From positions 4,712,001 to 4,776,000 of the forward strand of contig OZ024748.1 of NCBI GenBank assembly GCA_964016885.1: a DNA stretch of 64,000 bases, written 5' to 3'. The position numbers and the translations under genes are program-made. The notes beneath the pieces are model-generated. The model was not told the DNA's origin. It was given only the letters and a program-made list of their open reading frames with translations, and did not search any database. Source of the DNA: Eledone cirrhosa (taxonomy: Eukaryota). This document shows, piece after piece, positions 12,284-27,061 of the stretch (the first letter of the stretch is position 1; every line of letters starts with the position of its first letter).

Positions 12284-12790
12284 CGTTGCAAGGTCGGAGG
12301 AAATCAAGAGAGTCAACGGCCTTCCAATAAAGTATTTTTGGAGGAGGTTGGCTTCACTGGAGTGAAAGACCCTTCACTAAGACATCTCTCTGGGAGAAGG
12401 TCATATAAAACCTGCGTGTATCCAATGATGTAGGCCAGTTCTACGCTTTGCGTAAATACATTCGATGTTCAGAGAATGGGATTGGCTCCGTGCGAGACTT
12501 TGAGTCGTGGTTGGGATTTCACATATCTCTATACCAACTCTGCATCTCCCCATGTATTGAGTACTCCTACGATTAGTGGTCTCCATAGTCACACCTCTGC
12601 AGACTTCATCTGTGTTTCGTCTCTCTCTTTCTCTGCCTTTCACACGTATTGATCAGGGTTGACCCGCGTGTGTTCCTCTGGTCTTACATATGTTTGTTTT
12701 TCATCCCGAAGGATGTACACGATCACCCTCCTCACCAAAGAAGCTTTGTTGGGTTGCCGGTTTAGTCCCCGGCGATCCGACCATGTAACA
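12284..12790. mobile_element. Possible solo-LTR-like segment
   Basis: ~500-bp complex, higher-GC island with LTR-like inverted termini (C)GTTGCA...TGTAACA. No TSD, PBS or PPT seen. Confidence 0.3.
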
Positions 12791-13885
12791 GGTTGTACTT
12801 GGTTACACATTAAAAGTAGCACTCGAGAGCGACATTACATAGCAATGGTCATATATAGAAAATTAACTCTAAAATTAGGGAATGGAGGACATTGCAGCCG
12901 AAGCAAAAATGTCAATAAACTTGGATTAAGACTGTGGAATACTCAGCCACTTACAAAATAATTAATGATGGACAGTACCTGTAATTCAAGGACTTACATG
13001 ATTCACATTGTCACACTTAACTACGTTAAATACGCAAGGGACTGAGGAATAAACAGCTACTTGCATGAAAACCACGTTGGACTGTAGCTGCTATTCAAAG
13101 TTTCAGTTATGTCACACACTCATGCTGAACCTACCAATTGAGAAATACGATGATGATGTACAATAATCTGTGGGAAACCTCAGCTATTAACATATTACTT
13201 GTAGTGGAGGTAGTTCAGATCATTCAATAACTAAATACTACTCATCGAAAACGACGGAGGATCCATCAGTATATGTAATTATACTTTAAAAGACGTCGTT
13301 TTTTAAACTTAGGTGACCAACAAACTATAAATGACACGTAAAACACCTATTGTGGTCATTCTATAAAGAAATTACATCTGAACACGATATTATACATAAG
13401 GTGTTTATTAGAGTTATCTAAAATTTCATTTTACATAACTGAATAATAATGTATTACATTTAAAGAGAGAATCTGGCTTTTCTCTCACGAAGTATGGGGT
13501 CTTGTATATATTTTACTATGTTAATTTATGCAAGGTCTTAATTTATGCAAGGCCTGTATTATATACAAATTTGAGAAGTGGCCAAGGGATTTGTTAATTT
13601 TTACCACGCATCAAAGCTGCCATGGTGGGTGAATAAGTGAGTGAATGAGCGAGTTAATGAGTGAGTGAATGAGTGAGTGAAGGAGTGAGTGAGTGAATGA
13701 GTGAGTGAAAGAGTGAGTGAAAGAGTGAGTGTATGGGTTTTAGTGAGGAGTTACTGGAAAGCTGTGTGAATAATTGATTGAATGAAGTGATTTTTGTTAC
13801 AACTGGGAAACGATCTCATAATCGCTGTTTGGCACACAGCCTGGTTCTAACATCCCCAACACTCAGATGTGTGTGTGTGTGAGAG

Positions 13886-13919
<34 letters not shown>

Positions 13920-14063
13920 TGAGAGAGAGAGAGAGTCAGTGTGTGTGTGGTGTGTGTATCTGTCTGTTTGCGTTTGAACAAAATCCCAAATCGTTGGTTC
14001 CTCGGATAGTTTCCAGCTGTGACGTTTTATTTTACCTTTGTCTGTCTCACGTCTCACATTCAT

Positions 14064-14099
<36 letters not shown>

Positions 14100-14106
14100 A
14101 TCTATA

Positions 14107-14141
<35 letters not shown>

Positions 14142-14875
14142 ATATTTACGTCTGCAAAGTTCACATATGTGTGGCTGGATAAATGCATACATATATACAT
14201 ACATACATCCTCACACATGCATGCATTCATAAATCCATAAATACACACACAAATGCATAAATATATACATACATACATACATACATACATACATACATAC
14301 ATACATACATACATACATACGTATATATATACGTATATATATATATATATATATACATACATACGTATATACATACGTATGTATATGTGTGTGAGTGTAA
14401 ATGTATGACTATCATGTTCGATGGAAAATGAATACGAAAGTTGTGGGTTAGGTATACAGTTTCATGTCCGGTGTGAACGCGTGCAATACACGTTAGTGGT
14501 TGCATACGTACATGTGCATCTGAGATGTCAAATGCCCTATGCGGTGTGTTTGCACGTCCGCGTGAGGGCAGCTCCTTCCTCATACGACCTCATCCGTCAT
14601 TTTGTTTCTTCAGGTCCTGCAATACAGACGTAAAGAAGAAAAAAAAAATAAACAAAACAAAACAAAACAAAACAAAAAAGGGATAAACCCAAGAATGATA
14701 ACAAATACGACTACAACAACAATAACTATGATAGTAATAATAATAATAATGCTTTATACATATATATATATACATATATACATATATACATATATATACA
14801 CATTTATATATACATATATATATACATTTATATATACATATACATTTATATATATACATTTATATATACATATAC

Positions 14876-14937
<62 letters not shown>

Positions 14938-14940
<3 letters not shown>

Positions 14941-15144
14941 ACGAAGGAAATGTGGTAATGAACCAGATGGACCATAACGCACCAAAGTACTCAATACTTA
15001 GGGTAATGGAGTGGGTAATAGGAACGAGTAGGACCCCGACGGCTGAGCTCATGCCGTTTCTACGGCCAATTCTGGACTAAAAAAAAAAAAAGAAGAATTA
15101 GCTGTCGAAACGGCTTGAGCTCAGCCGTCGGGGTCCTACTCGTT

Positions 15145-15148
<4 letters not shown>
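14938..15148. mobile_element. Family A element, head-to-head pair (14938-15078 minus, 15094-15148 plus) in (TA)n
   Basis: Plus arm GTC-GAAA-CGGCT-TGAGCTC-AGCCG-TC-GGGGTCC is HHR helix III plus a GUC site. The arms are reverse complements. Confidence 0.75.
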
Positions 15149-15198
<50 letters not shown>

Positions 15199-15284
15199 GA
15201 TAATATATCGCTCAGGTGCCAGGTTGACGCTCGGCATGATTTGGGAAAGGAGCAGAACTCAAAGGAAGTTGCAAATAATAATAA

Positions 15285-15344
<60 letters not shown>

Positions 15345-15349
15345 CAATA

Positions 15350-15600
15350 ATGATGCTTTCTTTATTAACCAGAAGGGTTGACACAAAGTATAACATTAAG
15401 GACGACACAGGACAATACAGGACAATAATAATGGTGTTAATAAAAAAATGTTTTAAATCCCAGGCTAATTGCTCTGGGATCACTCCAGGTCACGTGCCAA
15501 GACTCGTGACCCACACACCACAACACCCTTCTCTGCTCAGATATTTTTTTCTACTGAGGGAAACCCCTTTGCAATGTTCTCTTCGGTGACATCTTAGAAC
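15350..15600 (-). mobile_element. Probable LINE 3' end ending in AATAAA and (ATT)n
   Basis: Complex sequence whose minus strand ends AATAAAGAAAGCATC before an (ATT)n tract. No diagnostic protein motif. Confidence 0.3.
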
Positions 15601-15738
15601 ATGTCAAAAGACGGAGAATCGATCAATTAATATATGTTGGTGTGTGGTGGGTATGTATACTGTATATATATATGTATGTGTATGTATATATATATGTGTA
15701 TATGTGAGTATCTATACTATATGTATATATGTGTGTAT

Positions 15739-15772
<34 letters not shown>

Positions 15773-16029
15773 GTGTGCATGTATACTGTATATATATATA
15801 TATATATATATTTGTATATTTGTGTATGTATGTATATATATATATATGTATATATGTGAGTATCTATACTATATGTATATATGTGTGTATGTATATATAT
15901 ATATGTATATATGTATATATGTGTGCATGTATACTGTATATATATATATATATATATTTGTATATTTGTGTATGTATGTATATATATATATGTATATATG
16001 TGTGTATGTATACCATATGTATGTGTGTG

Positions 16030-16075
<46 letters not shown>

Positions 16076-16340
16076 TATATATGTGTGTATCTATACTATA
16101 TGTATATATGTGTGTATGTATAACTATATGTATATGTCTATATCTGTGTATGTATACTATATGTATATGTATAACTATATGTTTATGTATATATGTGTGT
16201 ATGTATACTATATGTATATGTATAGCTATATGTATATATGTGTGCATTTATACTGTATGTATATATGTGTGTATGTATACTATATGATTATGTATACGTA
16301 TAACTATATACATATATATATATATGTTTTATGTATACTG

Positions 16341-16468
<128 letters not shown>

Positions 16469-17062
16469 GGTGTCCATGTATGTATGCATGTGTGTGTATA
16501 TATATGTACATGTATGTCTGTAGATAAATATATATATTTATATATATATATATATATATATATGATATCTATGTGTATATATATATCTATATATATGTTG
16601 TATTTGGTGTTTGAAGTTCCCCTTTTCTTTTGGTTAAACATGGAGATCTTATTTTGTTAAGAGAATTGGGGGTCAAAGTTGTTTGCAGAGATGTACTTGC
16701 TGTCGTTGGACTACATGGCCCCTACACTTTTAACTCTACTCTATGCACACACGCACACCACGACTGGCACACACACATCACACACACACACATACATACA
16801 GACACAGACACACACTAAAAATAGACACACATACACACGAATGACAGACATACACAGATACACACTAAACATAGACACACACACACACACAGAGATACAC
16901 ACAACATGTGATAAAGTATGGTATCCATGACAATAAAACTTGTACATTCTTAGTATTTAATTAGATGGGTGGGGGCGTGAAATTTTAGAATGAAGTGCAT
17001 ATAGGGTGGGGGGTGGGGGAGGTGTGTGTGTTTGTACCAGACAGGATACGTAAAACATAATA

Positions 17063-17135
17063 ATTGTTTCTACTTTTGGCACAAGGCCAGCAATTGTGCC
17101 AGTGTATTACTGGTACTCTATTTTATCCACCTCAT
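17063..17135 (-). mobile_element. SINE 3' fragment
   Basis: ATTGTTTCTACTTTTGGCACAAGGCCAGC..TTACTGGTACT..TTTTATC, matching the SINE tail. Confidence 0.8.
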
Positions 17136-17289
17136 AATGATGAAGTTATAATAATGATCTGATGATGATGATGGGACTCATGATGCTGGTAGTGTTGTTG
17201 ATGACGGTGATGATGATGATGATGATAGTGGTGTTTTTGGCGGTGCTGCTGTTGATAGTATTGTTGTTTTTATTGTTTTTACTGACGTT

Positions 17290-18110
<821 letters not shown>

Positions 18111-18293
18111 ACAAGACACGTACCTATGATCTAATCTACATTAGTTATATATTAGGGAAGTGTTAGATTACATGTGACTAATTTCTCTCCATGGGATGAA
18201 AAAGACAACAGAAGACAGATCTGCTCTGAAGAGTAAGACGTCTTCTTTCGGTTATATCAATTGCTGATTGATTTATACATACATGCGCACACG

Positions 18294-18428
<135 letters not shown>

Positions 18429-18532
18429 CCGCACGAACTCACAAACAAAGCACATGTGTACATAGACGGATATATATGTATGTATATTAAATATGCATAT
18501 TATATATATATATATATATATATTAAATATGC

Positions 18533-18608
<76 letters not shown>

Positions 18609-18669
18609 CTGCATACTGAGGTGTCGGTAAACAACCACCATATAGTCAATATATATATATATATATATA

Positions 18670-18850
18670 TACTTGCTAAAAGTCAACAAAGAACAAAAAC
18701 AAACACGAGCAATACAGTACAATGAAGATGATATATTAGTTTAACGCTTCATATTGTAAGATGGATGTCATACCTTTCGGACGTTCGTCCGTCATCTGAA
18801 TATAGAATGGGAGGTAGAATGATAGAGCAGAGTAAGAAAAAAGAAGAATC
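18670..18850 (-). mobile_element. Family F element, degenerate HHR at 18767-18803
   Basis: Minus strand CAGATGA-CGGACGAACGTCC-GAAAGGTA..AAGCGTTAAACTAATATA..TGTACTGT. Confidence 0.6.
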
Positions 18851-19146
18851 AGAAAACATGTTTACACCAGGAACGCACGTCTGTGTGTTTAGTCAATAAT
18901 TTAGAGGAAAATTGTAGATATTAATCAAGAGTTTATTTGCTTGAAATTACAATACCCATGTCATATTTTGGTGGCTTTGTTGAAGAAAGGTGGAGACGAT
19001 CATCAAACGGGACACCGGGCTCGATTGTTTAGAATAAAGTAGACCCCATAAAAGGTGTCCTATCATAGAGAGCAACGGTCCCTCCACACAGTCTCTATCA
19101 AACCTATTTAACTAATGAGGCTTTTGGTGAAACTTTAATTCATGTT

Positions 19147-22100
19147 AGGAGACACTAACCCAATATTATAAGAGACAGTGTCCCAATGTAAAATCATAGG
19201 AGACAGTTTCATAATATACTATGATAGGAGACACTAATACAATATACTATGATAGGAGACACTAATACAATATACTATGAGAGGAGACACTAATACAATA
19301 TACTATGAGAGGAGACACTAATACAATATACTATGATAGGAGACACTAATACAATATACTATGAGAGGAGACACTAATACAATATACTATGAGAGGAGAC
19401 ACTAATACAATATACTATGAGAGGAGACACTAATACAATATACTATGAGAGGAGACACTAATACAATATACTATGAGAGGAGACACTAATACAATATACT
19501 ATGATAGGAGACACTAATACAATATACTATGAGAGGAGACACTAATACAATATACTATGAGAGGAGACACTAATACAATATACTATGAGAGGAGACACTA
19601 ATACAATATACTATGAGAGGAGACACTAATACAATATACTATGAGAGGAGACACTAATACAATATACTATGAAAGGCGACATTAATACAATATACTATGA
19701 TAGGAGACACTAATACAATATACTATGAGAGGAGACACTAATACAATATACTATGATAGGAGACACTAATACAATATACTATGAGAGGAGACACTAATAC
19801 AATATACTATGAGAGGAGACACTAATACAATATACTATGAGAGGAGACACTAATACAATATACTATGAGAGGAGACACTAATACAATATACTATGAGAGG
19901 AGACACTAATACAATATACTATGATAGGAGACACTAATACAATATACTATGATAGGAGACACTAATACAATATACTATGAGAGGAGACACTAATACAATA
20001 TACTATGAGAGGAGACACTAATACAATATACTATGAGAGGAGACACTAATACAATATACTATGAGAGGAGACACTAATACAATATACTATGAGAGGAGAC
20101 ACTAATACAATATACTATGAAAGGCGACATTAATACAATATACTATGATAGGAGACACTAATACAATATACTATGGAAGGAGACAGTGTCTCAATATGCT
20201 ATGGTAGAATAGGAGACAGTGTCTTAATATACTATAATAGGAGACAGTGTCTCAATATACTATGGTTGAATAGGCGACAGTGTCTCAATATACTATGGTA
20301 GGATAGGAGACAGTGTCTCAATATATTATGATAGGAGACAGTGTCTCAATATACTATGGTAGAATAGAAGACTGTCTCAATACACTCTGATAGGAGACAG
20401 TGTCTCAATATACTATGGTAATATAGGAGACAGTGTCTCAATATACTATGGTAGGATAGGAGACAGTGTCTCAATATACTATGGTAGAATAGAAAACAGT
20501 GTCTCAATATACTATGATAGAAGACAGTGTCTCAATATACTATGATAGGATAGGAGACAGTGTCTCAATATAATATGGTAGGATAGGAGACAGTGTCTCA
20601 ATATACTATGGTAGGAGACAGTGTCTCAATATACTATGGTAGAATAGGAGACAGTGTCTCAATATACTATGGTAGAATAGGAGACAGTGTCTCAATACAC
20701 CATGGTAGAATAGGAGACAGTCTCTCAATATACTATGGTAGAATAGGAGACAGTGTCTCAATATACTATGATAGGAGACAGTGTCTCAATATACTATGGT
20801 AGTATAGGAGACAGCGTCTCAATATACTATGATAGTATAGGAGACTGTGTCTCAATATACTATGGTAGGATAGGAGACAGTGTCTCAATATACTATGGTA
20901 GTATAGGAGACTGTGTCTCAATATACTATGGTAGGATAGGAGACAGTGTCTCAATATACTATGGTAGGATAGCAGACAGTGTCTCAATATACTATGGTAG
21001 TATAGGAGACTGTGTCTCAATATACTATGGTAGGATAGGAGACAGTGTCTCAATATACTATGGTAGGAGACAGTGTCTCAATATACTATGGTAGTATAGG
21101 AGAGTGTCTCAATATACTATAGTAGGAGACAGTGTCTCAATATACTATGGTAGGATAGGAGACAGTGTCTCAATATACTATGATAGGAGACAGTGTCTCA
21201 ATATACTATGGTAGGATAGGAGACAGTGTCTCGATATACTATGGTAGGAGACAGTGTCTCAATATACTATAGTAGGATAGGAGACAGTGTCTCAATATAC
21301 TATGGTAGGAGACAGTGTCCCAATATACTATGGTAGTATAGGAGACAGTGTCTCAATATACTATAGTAGGATAGGAGACAGTGTCTCAATATACTATGGT
21401 AGGAGACAGTGTCCCAATATACTATGGTAGTATAGGAGACAGTGTCTCAATATACTATGGTAGGAGACAGTGTCCCAATATACTATGGTAGTATAGGAAA
21501 CAGTGTCTCAATATACTATGGTAGTATAGGAGACAGTGTCTCAATATACTATGGTAGGATAGGAGACAGTGTCTCAATATACTATGGTAGTATAAGAGAC
21601 AGTGTCTCAATATACTATGGTAGAATAGGAGACAGTGTCTCAATATACTATGGTAGGAGACAGTGTCCCAATATAGTATGGTAGTATAGGAAACAGTGTC
21701 TCAATATACTATGATAGGATAGGAGACAGTGTCTCAATATACTATGGTAGGATAGGAGACAGTGTCTCAATATACTATGGTAGTATAGGAGATAATGTCT
21801 CAATATACTATGGTAGGAGACAGTGTCTCAATATACTATGATATGAGACAGTGTCGCAATATACTATGGTAGTATAGGAGACAGTGTCTCAATATACTAT
21901 GATAGGAGACAATGTCTCAATATACTATGGTAGGATAGGAGACAGTGTCTCAATATACTATGGTAGTATAGGAGACAGTGTCTCAATATACTATGGTAGT
22001 ATAGGAGACAGTGTCTCAATATACTATGGTAGTATAGGAGACAGTGTCTCAATATACTATGGTAGTATAGGAGACAGTGTCTCAATATACTATGGTAGTA

Positions 22101-22410
22101 TAGGAGACAGTGTCTCAATATACTATGGTAGTATAGGAGACAGTGTCTCAATATACTATGATAGGAGACAGTGTCTCAATATACTATGGTAGTATAGGAG
22201 ACAGTGTCTCAATATACTATGATAGGAGACAGTGTCTCAATATACTATGGTAGTATAGGAGACAGTGTCTCAATATACTATGGTAGTATAGGAGACAGTG
22301 TCTCAATATACTATGGTAGTATAGGAGACAGTGTCTCAATATACTCTGGTAGAATAGGAAACAGTGTCTCAATATACTCTGATAGGAGACAGTGTCTCAA
22401 TATACTATGC
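19147..22410. repeat. Minisatellite: 28-bp units (to ~20175), then mixed 28/33-bp units
   Basis: Unit 1 GGAGACACTAATACAATATACTATGA(G/T)A. Unit 2 GGAGACAGTGTCTCAATATACTATG(A/G)TA with an optional 5-bp G(T/G/A)ATA insert. The 11-aa SIYYGSIGDSV ORF repeats reflect the 33-mer. Confidence 0.97.
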
Positions 22411-22712
22411 AATAGGATTAAAACAGAAACGTAGTTGTAAATCACGCTGATATGAAATATATCAATGTTTTGCAATGAAAGGAATTTGACTGGTTATTGT
22501 TGTTTTTATAGTTTTTAGTTTGTGTTACTGATGCTATTGTTGTTGTACGTATGGCCCCTGTTCAGTTGTGCTCGAGAGATCTATACCACCTGGCTATTCG
22601 ACCGAACAACCACATCGTTCCACTTAAAGTACCATTAAAGTACTGAAACCAATCTAATCGACTTTATACTCACCCAAAATTAAGCTTGTGTTTAATTTAA
22701 AAATCATTAAGT

Positions 22713-22862
22713 GAAGGCGATGGATTGGTAAACTGGTTAGAGCCCCGAACAAATGTTGAACAGTATTTATTCCACATCTTTACGTTCTGAGTTCAAATCT
22801 CGCAAGAGGACAACTTTACTTTCGATGGCGATAAAATAAAATACCAGAAACTTAATGGGATC
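22713..22862 (+). mobile_element. Diverged SINE
   Basis: GAAGGCGATGGATTGG..GAGTTCAAATCTCG..GATAAAATAAAATACCAG. Confidence 0.65.
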
Positions 22863-22898
22863 CATATAATATTGTAACTATAGTTATAAACATATCCA

Positions 22899-22945
<47 letters not shown>

Positions 22946-22999
22946 AATATATATATATGGGATAACAAGTTATCGTTATAGGTAATACAGTTACTACAC

Positions 23000-23065
23000 C
23001 TTAACGGTGAAAGCAGTGATTCTTTGCTCAAACTTTAATCTGTTATTTTAATTAATAAATACTTA
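23000..23065 (+). mobile_element. Family E fragment (HHR 3' half)
   Basis: GGT-GAAAGCAGTGATTCTTTGCTC-AAACTTTAATCTGTTATTTTAAT. Confidence 0.6.
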
Positions 23066-23399
23066 ATATATATATATATAAGATAGTAATATTAATGAGA
23101 CTAGGTTTTACTTATTTATAGGATCATGCCGATCTGTTATATATGTTTCAGTTTGTGAATGAAGTGTAACTTTATATATATATATATGGGCGTATACAGG
23201 GAAGAGAGAGAAGGGGGTAAAACGTCAAGGAAAGACATTATTGTCGTAAAGACACACAAATACTGCTAGCATCGAACACACGACTAATAATTGTATGGGA
23301 GACAACTCTTACAGGCAACTTAGTAAGGGGCATAACCCTATTTAACTAAACTAAAAATTACATCTTCTCTTAGGTTACGTTTCATTAGGTTTATATATA

Positions 23400-23568
23400 G
23401 CGTATTTCCCGGCGCCGAAGACGCTTCGTCCGCGAGGACGCACCCTAATTTTGACAACTAAAAATTAGAAAAAAATTAAATAAACAACCTTCGACCTCCA
23501 GGAAGCATGGTAGATTTTTGAGACTTATTTTAGGAAAAAGGTAGCGTCTTCGGCGCCGGGAAATACGG
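23400..23568. mobile_element. Tc1/mariner-pogo type MITE
   Basis: 25-bp perfect TIRs CGTATTTCCCGGCGCCGAAGACGCT (23401-23425 and 23543-23567), TA flanks. Confidence 0.88.
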
Positions 23569-23771
23569 TATATACACACCTAAAGTTGTGCGCTATTGAG
23601 TCGAAGTATATATATATATATATATATAATAGATGTATGTGTGACTGCGCAGATATGTACACATATTTACGTATATATAGTATATAGATGTGTAAACATG
23701 ATAAATACAAACAGTTCCTCGCGAATTGAGAAAAAAAAGGTAAAAAAAAGAAATCTTTTGCGGGTTATCAG

Positions 23772-23813
<42 letters not shown>

Positions 23814-23919
23814 AGTTGAATTTCGTAATAAATATCCAAGCAGGAAGAGCACTCAATCCGGGACACGGGTTATGTTACATAAAATATTTTAGAACATCAA
23901 CAATACGTTATCTAACTCA

Positions 23920-24520
23920 GGTTTCACTAGGAAGGATCTAACACTTAACCAGCTCATCAGTTCGGTCCTGATGGTTTAGCAGCAATCCTAAAAACATGCA
24001 AGTGAACATTAGTATGTGCAGATCCTCTTCTAAAGCTCCCTTACAAATGGTAAATCACCTACTTAAATCAAAAAGCTAAAAGAAGGCATATGTTCTATCT
24101 ATAAACGAGGAAACAGAGTAGATGCTAAAAACTACAGACATGTCGCCCTTACCTCCCATATTAGCAAAATAATGGAACGAATCATCAGAAAGAAACTGAT
24201 CATCTTTGTAGAGGAAAAAGATCTTCTAATTGATATCCAACATGGCTTTCTCCTGGGTAGAAGTTGCCTTACAGAGCTCTTGCGGCATTATGACTGGATA
24301 CTTAAATAGCTTCTAAATACTAGATTATGACTGGATACTTAAATAGCTACCGTTCGAACGTGGATGTGATATATGTCAACTTTGCGAAGGCCTTTGACAA
24401 CGTGGATCATAGAATATGTCACAAACTACGTAGCTTTGGCATAGTTAGAAAATTGTGTGAATGGCTTCACTTCTTAAAAGACGAAAGCCAGGCTGTTGCA
24501 GCCAACGAGGCTCACTTTGT
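23920..24520 (+). pseudogene. CR1/L2-type LINE reverse transcriptase fragment
   Basis: IYKRGNRVDAKNYRHVALTSHISKIMERII..QHGFLLGRSCLTELL..VDVIYVNFAKAFDNVDH, with stops and frameshifts and a local 25-bp duplication (ATTATGACTGGATACTTAAATAGCT). Confidence 0.88.
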
Positions 24521-24779
24521 GTAGACATGGAATTATATACGTTCTTATTTTGATCTTTCATATCGATTTAAGTACATAAATGTTTTTATTGTTCAATATA
24601 TTAATCTTTATTTGAGATGGTAGTGATGTGATGTATGCTAGGATAAGCTTGTCTTCCAGTCGCATTCAGTATCCTCCCTTGGATAATTACATATGCATTA
24701 GTGTATATCATCAAATCTCCAAGGGAAGCAACTTTATCACAATTTATTTACATTTACCAGTGGTGTCCCTTGCAAGCAT

Positions 24780-25122
24780 ACATGATCGTGTGACTGCTGA
24801 GGGTGGGTGTAGGGGAGCAGTATTGACATGCGGCGTTACTGAGACCTTTTAAATACCTGGTGGAGCCCATTTCTCTCCAGGTCTGAATACAGCAGATGTC
24901 TACAGGAAGGAGAGAGATAGAGAGAAAGTGAAATAATGGAAATGAGAAAAAGATACAGGGAAAGAATCGACGACAGTACTTGGCTGGTACTTTTTTATCG
25001 ATCTCGAATGGATGAAAGGCAAAGTTGACCTCAGTAGGATTTGAACTCAGAGAGTAGAGAGCCGAAACAAATACGCAGAATATTCTATCAGACGTTCTAA
25101 CGATTCTGCCAATTCACCGCTT
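24780..25122 (-). mobile_element. SINE (24965-25122) with extended 3' tail
   Basis: SINE head and core followed by GTATTCAGACCTGGAGAG..CTCCACCAG, homologous to the region after the SINE at 58160. Confidence 0.65.
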
Positions 25123-25326
25123 ACGTCCCTTAGAAAAACAGAAAGAATGAGACAAAAGATTATTAAGAGTTTTTATTTTTTAATTATCTAAAATATTTGA
25201 AACATATGTAATATGTTTATTGTAAATTTATCAATCACACAAAATCGAATAAAAAAATAAAATAAAGAGGATATCCAGCAAGAAGAATATATTGTCAGAT
25301 TATTTATTATTTTATTACGTACAATA

Positions 25327-25515
25327 ATTGTTTCTACTTTTGGCACAAGACCAGCAATCAAATCAGTGCATTACTGGTACTTTATTTTATCGACCTCGTA
25401 AGGATGAAAGGTAAAGTTAACGTCGGCGGGATTTGAACTCAGACAGTAAAGAGACGTTACTTTATGCTGGAAAGCATGGCGTCCGTCCCTCTGCCGATAC
25501 TACCAATCCACCGCC
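25327..25515 (-). mobile_element. Full-length SINE with TSD
   Basis: A/B boxes and core present. TSD CGTACAATAATT at 25318-25329 and 25515-25526. Confidence 0.9.
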
Positions 25516-25705
25516 GTACAATAATTTTACTTGTTTTAGGCTCAATAGTAGCATTTTGGGGAGGCTGGAAAAGTTGATATTATCAATACCATTCCCCGAT
25601 TGATATGTCATTTTAGCGACTCGGAATCAATCATGGAAGATCCCATTCCATTGTTCCATTTATGTCCAAAATTTCGTCCAAATTTCGTCATATTATATTC
25701 TACCA

Positions 25706-25920
25706 GGGCGGTGGATTGGCAGTATCGGTAGAGTCGGAAGCCATGCTTTCCAACATAGAATTACGGTCTTTTACGGGTTGAGTTCAAATTCCACCGAGCT
25801 TAACTTTGCCTTTCATCCTTAAGGGGTCGATAAAATAAAGCATCATCAACTTACTGGGGTCGATTTAATCGACTTTCCCTTAGCCCCAAATGACTGGCTT
25901 TGTGCCTATACTAGAAATCA
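25706..25920 (+). mobile_element. Full-length SINE with TSD
   Basis: GGGCGGTGGATTGGCAGTATCGG (A box) and GAGTTCAAATTCC (B box). TSD ATTATATTCTACCA at 25692-25705 and 25920-25933. Confidence 0.92.
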
Positions 25921-26295
25921 TTATATTCTACCAAAGTAAGAAAATAATGTAAGCAAACATATCTGAAACAAAGGTGAGAAATGATAAGATTGAGCAGAAA
26001 TTATGGCCTAGGGCTGAACAGCAATCAAACCGTATGTTAGAAAAAAAAACTGGCTTCCATTAAACATTAAACAGAAAATACACCACCACTACATGCAAAT
26101 CTAAGGGAGGTTACTCAGTTGAATTAATAGCTTTGTTTACTTCCCTTGAATTATATGGGGGAGGGTGGGGGGTTATATTGATTTGTATTTTCCTGCAATG
26201 TCAATTTCTATGTAAATATTTTTTTATATCAATCTACTACTTCTGTGCATATGCATACACACACACACCACACACACACGCATACACACCACATA

Positions 26296-26353
<58 letters not shown>

Positions 26354-26521
26354 ATATACACACCACACACACACACACGCACACACAGACACAAACAAAC
26401 TCACACTGTCACATATACACACACATATATATAATCATCATCATTGTTAATGTTTATGAAGTCAGATAGATCCGTAAACAATATCTTTTTGATATAATCT
26501 GTTTTAGGCTTTGTGGTTGTG

Positions 26522-26585
<64 letters not shown>

Positions 26586-26769
26586 CACTAGTAATAGTAG
26601 CAATAGTGGCAGCATAAGCAGTAGTAGTAGTAGTAGCAGCAACATCAGTAATAATAGCAGAATTACCAGCCCTTTGTGTTCCTAAAGTTAAGATGTTTGG
26701 GCAACACTGATCAAGAAATCCTGTTTCCACTTACAGAATATGACAAAAGCATTGATAGAACCCTCCCTC

Positions 26770-26824
<55 letters not shown>

Positions 26825-26825
<1 letters not shown>

Positions 26826-26925
26826 CATCGGATGAGCGTACTAGCCGTTTCTGTTAAGATCGTCTAGTTTCCTGAAACCTTTAGTTATGGAATAATTATA
26901 TTGTGTTTATTATTATGTAATTATA
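26825..26925 (+). mobile_element. Diverged family B HHR-like element between (TA)n tracts
   Basis: CGGATGA..GAAACCTTTAGTTATGGAATAATTATATTG resembles family B GAAACCTCTGGTAATGAGGTAATTATATTG. Confidence 0.45.
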
Positions 26926-27061
26926 TATATATATATATATATATAGCTTTCGATCTCTCTATCTCTTTATCTATGTATATATCTATCTACATATCTATCT
27001 ATCTTTCGATCTATCTATGAATCTATCTATTATCGACAACTCTCTCTCTCCCTCTTCTCAC

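Noticed and set aside
16600-16740. Possible Penelope C-terminal relic (..PNSLNKIRSPCLTKRK)
   Set aside because: Similarity is too weak to call by eye.
19147-22410. CRISPR-like array (28-33-bp repeats with an internal palindrome)
   Set aside because: Units are contiguous with no unique spacers, there are no cas genes, and the context is eukaryotic. It is a minisatellite.
20593-22434. SIYYGSIGDSV repeat ORFs resembling a Gly/Tyr structural protein
   Set aside because: The frame is repeatedly broken by interspersed 28-bp units, and no start or splice context is seen.
24758-24899. Host coding exon on the minus strand (good acceptor, CTG|GTAAAT donor)
   Set aside because: It is homologous to 58395-58515 and attached to a SINE in both places, so it is repeat-derived.
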